From Myxococcota bacterium (GTDB lineage: Bacteria; Myxococcota; XYA12-FULL-58-9; JALHOP01): a DNA stretch of 18,930 nucleotides. Shown piece after piece: positions 14,388-18,930 of this stretch. The stretch covers positions 1 to 18,930 of the forward strand of contig JBGGMJ010000013.1 in NCBI GenBank assembly GCA_041288095.1. The letters run 5' to 3'. The number at the start of each line of letters is the position of its first letter. Within the stretch, counting starts at the first letter, position 1. Position numbers and translations under genes: made by a program. The notes beneath the pieces are model-generated. The model did not search any database. It worked only from the letters and a program-made list of their open reading frames with translations, and was not told the origin of the DNA.

Positions 14388-17300
14388 ATGCAACTGTTCC
14401 GCGCCGTACGGGCTGGCCTCGTTGGTTGTCTCCTTGTGTCCGCTTTCGCGGGCTGTCACTCGGGTGAGTCGCTCGAGGTCACGCATGCCTCGCCGACCGG
14501 CGACCTGCGCGGCCTGCCGACGTACTTCGAAGTGCACTTCAATCGGCCGATCGTCGATCCAGACGCCGCCGAGGCCAAGGCGCAAGGGCTCGACATCGAC
14601 ATCACGCCGAGCCTCGCGGGCAAGGTGAGCTTCCCGACGCCGAACTCGATGGCGTTCGCCTTCACGGACCCGGTGCCGCCGGCGACCAAGGTGGAGGTCG
14701 AGATCGACAGCGGCCTGCGGACCTTCGACGGCAAGGCGGTGCTCAAGAGCAGCTACTCATTCGCCTTCACCAGCGAGAAGAACGGCGGCGCCGAGCTCGA
14801 GAAGGTGGCTCACACCAAGGAAGAGTGGGAGGCCGCCAAGGCGGACGGGGCGGCGCCACGGCAGATGGTCAGCGACGGCGAGTCGCAAGTGTCACTGCTC
14901 GGCCTTTACGACGACCTTGTGCTGACGCTGCGCTATCCGGAGAAGGTCGCGACCTTGAAGTCGCTCGTCACCGTGCAAGGCGAGCCGCAGGGGGGTGGCG
15001 GCGCCAAGACCTTGCCGGTCACGCTGACGTTCCCCGCTGGTGACACCGCGGACCGCGTGCTGATCACGCCGAGCTCGCCGTGGCCCGAGCATACCAATCT
15101 CAAGGTCAACCTCGCCAAGGGCCTGGGTGTCGCGCTCACGGGAGCCGGGAAGGTGACCAGCGAGGCGCAGACTCTCCAGGCCGCTACTTATCCGTCGCTC
15201 TCCATCGTCAGCGGGCCGACGTGCGATCTGTGCGTGCCGCCGTCGACCTTGGCCATCGAGTTTTCGACCCCGGTCGACTGCCAGCAAGCGCTGGCGAAGA
15301 TCGCCATCGTGCCGGCGATCGAGTCGTTCAACTGCTCGGGCCAAGCGAACGGCAGCCGCATCGTGCGCATCGAGCCGACGCCGGCGCTCAAGGCGCACAC
15401 CGAGTACACGCTCACCGTTGGTGGCGGCATCGTCGACACCTTCGGCCAAGCACTGGCGCAACCAAAGACGTTCACGCTCAAGACGGGCGACGCCGAACCG
15501 CGCTTTGCGCATCAGACGATGTTCAACGTCCTCGAGCGGGCCGAGAAGCCGGCGCACGAGGAGATGGTCTGGAAGACCACGAAGCTCAACGTCGAAGGCG
15601 CACGCCTGCCGTTCCGTGAGGCGTGGAAGATCATCGCCGCGCAAGATCTCGCCGACCAGGTCGCGTGGGAGGAGCTGCCGTGGTGGCTCTCCGAGAGCTA
15701 CTACGCCTACTACGAGTCGGATTGTTACTGGGACGAGGAAGCGGGCACCGAGATCTGCAACGAGAGCTCGCAGCGCTTTCCCGGCGCGACCGACGACACC
15801 GAGATCAAGATCCCGAACGCGGTGGCGAACAGCATCAGCGTCCCGCAGGGTGAAAACTGGGCGACGGTCACGGTGCCGCTCGAGCCCTACTTGAAGGGCG
15901 CCGGCGGCATCGTCGTCCTCAAGAACACACCGCTCGATCAGAAGGGCGTGCGCGTCAGCAACCCGGTGCTGCGCTTGCTCAACGTCACCGACATCGGCTT
16001 GTCGGCGAAGTACTCGACGCAGCAGCTCGTCGTCATGGCGGCCAAGCTCTCCGACGGCAAGCCCATCGTCAACGCCGAGATCGACATCTACATCGTCGAC
16101 GAGAAGGCGAAAGATCTAGGGGAGCCCGCGGCCCATGCCAAGACCGACGCCCAGGGCATCGCGGTGATTCGCGCGGCCGAGGTCGCGCGCAACGGAGGCG
16201 TCCCGAACCTGCAATCGAAGGGTGTCTTCGTGACCGCGAAAGCGGGCGACGACGAGGCGTTCGTCTGGTCGAAGTTCAAGAACGGCGGCAGCAGCGCACC
16301 GAAGAGCGGGGCGCGGCTCGTCGGCAGCGTCTACACCGAGCGCGGCATCTATCGGCCGGGCGAGACCGTCTACTATCGCGTCGTGGCGCGGCGTCAGTCA
16401 CCCGACGGCTTCACCACTCCCAGCGGCGCCGTGACCGCTTCGGCGGTCTTCGCGGAAGACATGTACGACGACGAGGGCGGCGCACAGGATGCGCTCTTCG
16501 TCAGCGATCAGACGTTCTCGAAGTTCGGCACCATCAGCGGCAGCTTCGTCGTGCCCGCCGATGCCCGCGTCGGCGAGTATCAGATCCGCGCCAAGGTCGG
16601 CGACGACATGTTGCACGAGAGCTTCCGCGTCGGTGAGTTCCGTAGAGCCGAGATGAAGGTCACGGTCGCGACCGACAAGCCGCAATACATGCGCGGGGCC
16701 AAGATGCATGCGCGCGTCAATGCCGACTACCTCTTCGGCGCTCCCGCCGCCGGCCTCACCACGCACTGGACGTTGCGCCGCCAGAGCTCGAGCTTCGACA
16801 GCAAGCGCTATCCGCAGGCCGAGTTCAGCGACTACGACTACCACAGCTGGTACGACGAGCGGTCGGACTACGCCGAGTTCCTCGACGAGGGCGACGCTAC
16901 CCTCGACGATACCGGCAGCTTCACCTTCGACCGCGTGCTCAAGGACGCATCGAGCAACGCCCGCCTCGAGAAGCTCATCGTGTCCGCTACCGTGGACGAC
17001 GCCAGCGGCCAGAGCGTGAGCTCGGCGACCACCGTCGATGTGCACCCCGCGAGCTTCTATGTCGGCATCGACCCCAAGGGGTACCTGCGCGAGAAGGGTA
17101 AGCTCTTCACCTACGACATCGTCGTCGTCTCGACCACCGACCAACCGCTCGGCGGCGTCGAAGTCACCGTGAACGGTGAGCAAGAGCGCTGGTACTCGGT
17201 GAAGCGCAAGGGCCCCGGCGGCCTCATGTACTGGGACTACCAGCACGAGAGCAAGAAGATGCCGGCCGTGTGCTCCGGTAAAACGGACGCCAACGGCGTG

Positions 17301-18930
17301 CTCGCCTGCCAGTACACGGCAGAGCACGGCGGCTCGCTGCGCCTGCGCGTCTCCGCCAAGGACGAAAAGAAGCGCGAGGTCCGCGCCTCGTCGTGGTTCT
17401 GGGTCACGGGTGACCCCGACTACTATTCGGGCCGCAGTGACGGCGGGAACCAGGTGTCGATCATGCCGGAAAAGCCAGAGCTCGAAGCCGGCGAGACCGC
17501 CCGCATCGCCATCGCTTCACCGTTCAAGGAGTCGATGGCGATGATCACCGTCGAGCGCGAGGACATCCTCTGGCGCAAGGTGATGCCGCTCGGCACCAAC
17601 GGTGTCGTCGACATCCCGATCCCGCCGGAGTGGGCGCCGAACGTCTGGATCTCGGCGACGGTGGTGCGCGGCCGCGTCAAGCCCGAGGGCGGCCTGTCGC
17701 CGGACCCGGAGCGTGACAAGCCGGCCTACGCGCTGGGCTACGCCAAGGTCGCGGTGAAGCCGACGCGCAACGTGCTCAAGGTGCAGCTCGCCTCCGACAA
17801 GCCGTTCTACGAGCCGGGTGAGCAAGTCGCGGTGACCGTCAACACCGCTGACCACCAAAGCAAGGGCACGTCCGCTGAAGTGAACTTGTACGCCGTCGAC
17901 GAAGGCGTGCTCATGCTCACCGCCTACCGGACGCCGGATATCGTCAAGGACCTGTTCCAAGAGCGCATGTATTCGGTGCTCTCCCTCGATACGCGCATGC
18001 ACGTGCTCGGACGCCGCAAGTTCATCCAGCCGACGCCGAAGGGCGAGGAAGACGGCGGTGGTGGCGGCGGCGACAACGACAACGAGCTGCGCAAGGATTT
18101 CAATCCGGTCGCGACCTGGATCGGTAGCCTCGTCACCGACGGTAGCGGCAAGGCGACGCATAGCTTCAAGGTCCCCGACACGCTCACGACCTACCGAGTC
18201 ATGGCGGTCGCGGTCACCGAGGGGACTCAGTTCGGCTCCGCTTCAGCGGAGTTCAAGGTCAACAAGACGCTCATGATGCGTCAGGCGATGCCGCGTTTCG
18301 CGCGGCCGGGTGACCGGATCGACGCAGGCGTGGTGGTCAACCACATGCTCCCCGAGGGAGCGCCGGTGACGGTCGCCATCGAGTCCATCGACGACAAGCT
18401 CTTCAACGTGAAGAGCGAAAAGACGCTGACGCGGACGGTGAAGGGAAAGGCCACCGAGCCGTTCCGCTTCAACATCGCCGCCAAGGACGTCGAAGGCGCG
18501 AGCGAGATCATCTTCAAGGCCACGATGGAGGTGAACGGCAAGAAGTTCGCCGACCGCGTCCAGCTCACGCTCCCCGTGAAGCGGGTGCAGCCGTCCGAGA
18601 CCGTCGGCATCGCGGGTGTCCTCGATAGCGGCACGGTGCAGCACACGCTGACGCTGCCGGAAGGCGCGCGCCCGACCAAGTTCGAGCTCAACATGAGTGG
18701 TCTGCCGGTGGCCTCGCTCGAGGAACGCATGCGTGGATTGGTCGGCTATCCCTACGGCTGTCTCGAGCAGCGCACGAGCAAGGTGATGCCGCTCATCGCG
18801 GTCCGCGAGCTCTCCGAGAAGCTCGGCTTCGCCTCGATCCCGAGCGAGAAGATCAAGGGTTGGGTCGAGGAGTGGGTGAAGATCGTTCCCAAGTACAAGT
18901 GCGGCGACAACGGCTTCGACTACTACCCGG
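14388..18930 (+). CDS. Bacterial alpha-2-macroglobulin family lipoprotein (3' end beyond the window, >1500 aa)
   Basis: AGGAG SD, then MQLFRAVRAGLVGCLLVSAFAG-C lipobox. Same-frame motifs: YTERGIYRPGETV (~16332), AVDEGVL, ELRKDF (~18084), PDTLTTYRV, PRFARPGD and thioester YPYGCLEQ (CLEQ 18759-18770). Confidence 0.95.
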   Translation, partial: MQLFRAVRAGLVGCLLVSAFAGCHSGESLEVTHASPTGDLRGLPTYFEVHFNRPIVDPDAAEAKAQGLDIDITPSLAGKVSFPTPNSMAFAFTDPVPPATKVEVEIDSGLRTFDGKAVLKSSYSFAFTSEKNGGAELEKVAHTKEEWEAAKADGAAPRQMVSDGESQVSLLGLYDDLVLTLRYPEKVATLKSLVTVQGEPQGGGGAKTLPVTLTFPAGDTADRVLITPSSPWPEHTNLKVNLAKGLGVALTGAGKVTSEAQTLQAATYPSLSIVSGPTCDLCVPPSTLAIEFSTPVDCQQALAKIAIVPAIESFNCSGQANGSRIVRIEPTPALKAHTEYTLTVGGGIVDTFGQALAQPKTFTLKTGDAEPRFAHQTMFNVLERAEKPAHEEMVWKTTKLNVEGARLPFREAWKIIAAQDLADQVAWEELPWWLSESYYAYYESDCYWDEEAGTEICNESSQRFPGATDDTEIKIPNAVANSISVPQGENWATVTVPLEPYLKGAGGIVVLKNTPLDQKGVRVSNPVLRLLNVTDIGLSAKYSTQQLVVMAAKLSDGKPIVNAEIDIYIVDEKAKDLGEPAAHAKTDAQGIAVIRAAEVARNGGVPNLQSKGVFVTAKAGDDEAFVWSKFKNGGSSAPKSGARLVGSVYTERGIYRPGETVYYRVVARRQSPDGFTTPSGAVTASAVFAEDMYDDEGGAQDALFVSDQTFSKFGTISGSFVVPADARVGEYQIRAKVGDDMLHESFRVGEFRRAEMKVTVATDKPQYMRGAKMHARVNADYLFGAPAAGLTTHWTLRRQSSSFDSKRYPQAEFSDYDYHSWYDERSDYAEFLDEGDATLDDTGSFTFDRVLKDASSNARLEKLIVSATVDDASGQSVSSATTVDVHPASFYVGIDPKGYLREKGKLFTYDIVVVSTTDQPLGGVEVTVNGEQERWYSVKRKGPGGLMYWDYQHESKKMPAVCSGKTDANGVLACQYTAEHGGSLRLRVSAKDEKKREVRASSWFWVTGDPDYYSGRSDGGNQVSIMPEKPELEAGETARIAIASPFKESMAMITVEREDILWRKVMPLGTNGVVDIPIPPEWAPNVWISATVVRGRVKPEGGLSPDPERDKPAYALGYAKVAVKPTRNVLKVQLASDKPFYEPGEQVAVTVNTADHQSKGTSAEVNLYAVDEGVLMLTAYRTPDIVKDLFQERMYSVLSLDTRMHVLGRRKFIQPTPKGEEDGGGGGGDNDNELRKDFNPVATWIGSLVTDGSGKATHSFKVPDTLTTYRVMAVAVTEGTQFGSASAEFKVNKTLMMRQAMPRFARPGDRIDAGVVVNHMLPEGAPVTVAIESIDDKLFNVKSEKTLTRTVKGKATEPFRFNIAAKDVEGASEIIFKATMEVNGKKFADRVQLTLPVKRVQPSETVGIAGVLDSGTVQHTLTLPEGARPTKFELNMSGLPVASLEERMRGLVGYPYGCLEQRTSKVMPLIAVRELSEKLGFASIPSEKIKGWVEEWVKIVPKYKCGDNGFDYYP

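Noticed and set aside
12960-14585. 541-aa minus-strand track ORF
   Set aside because: Arg/Ala-rich shadow frame overlapping the TylF-like gene, paralog 2 and the A2M start.
14422-18730. Many small track ORFs on both strands
   Set aside because: All are alternative-frame or antisense shadows of the alpha-2-macroglobulin frame, as expected in high-GC DNA.

Overview
GC-rich bacterial DNA, probably Myxococcota/deltaproteobacterial (an inference from the Cys/Asp-motif lipoproteins, the N-terminally extended LepB and the lipoprotein alpha-2-macroglobulin). Left flank (1-3464): the 5' end of a possible HNH-type gene, a palindrome-rich intergenic region, a small hypothetical gene, two lipoprotein genes, lepB and an SDR lacking its catalytic Tyr. 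Centre (3468-14320): a compact candidate biosynthetic cluster with no visible carrier protein. It holds a standalone alpha-oxoamine synthase resembling the saxitoxin SxtA C-terminal (AONS) domain, a standalone adenylation enzyme, a divergent SelO/MchC-like domain fused to a methyltransferase, an N-terminally extended Cys/Met-metabolism PLP enzyme on the opposite strand, a flavodoxin-fold reductase, a second methyltransferase, three small unknown genes (two are tandem paralogs) and a divergent TylF/MycF methyltransferase. Right flank (14388 to window end): a large alpha-2-macroglobulin gene with an intact CLEQ thioester motif, absent from the ORF track because it has no stop in the window. All family calls come from motifs recognised by eye; no searches were run.
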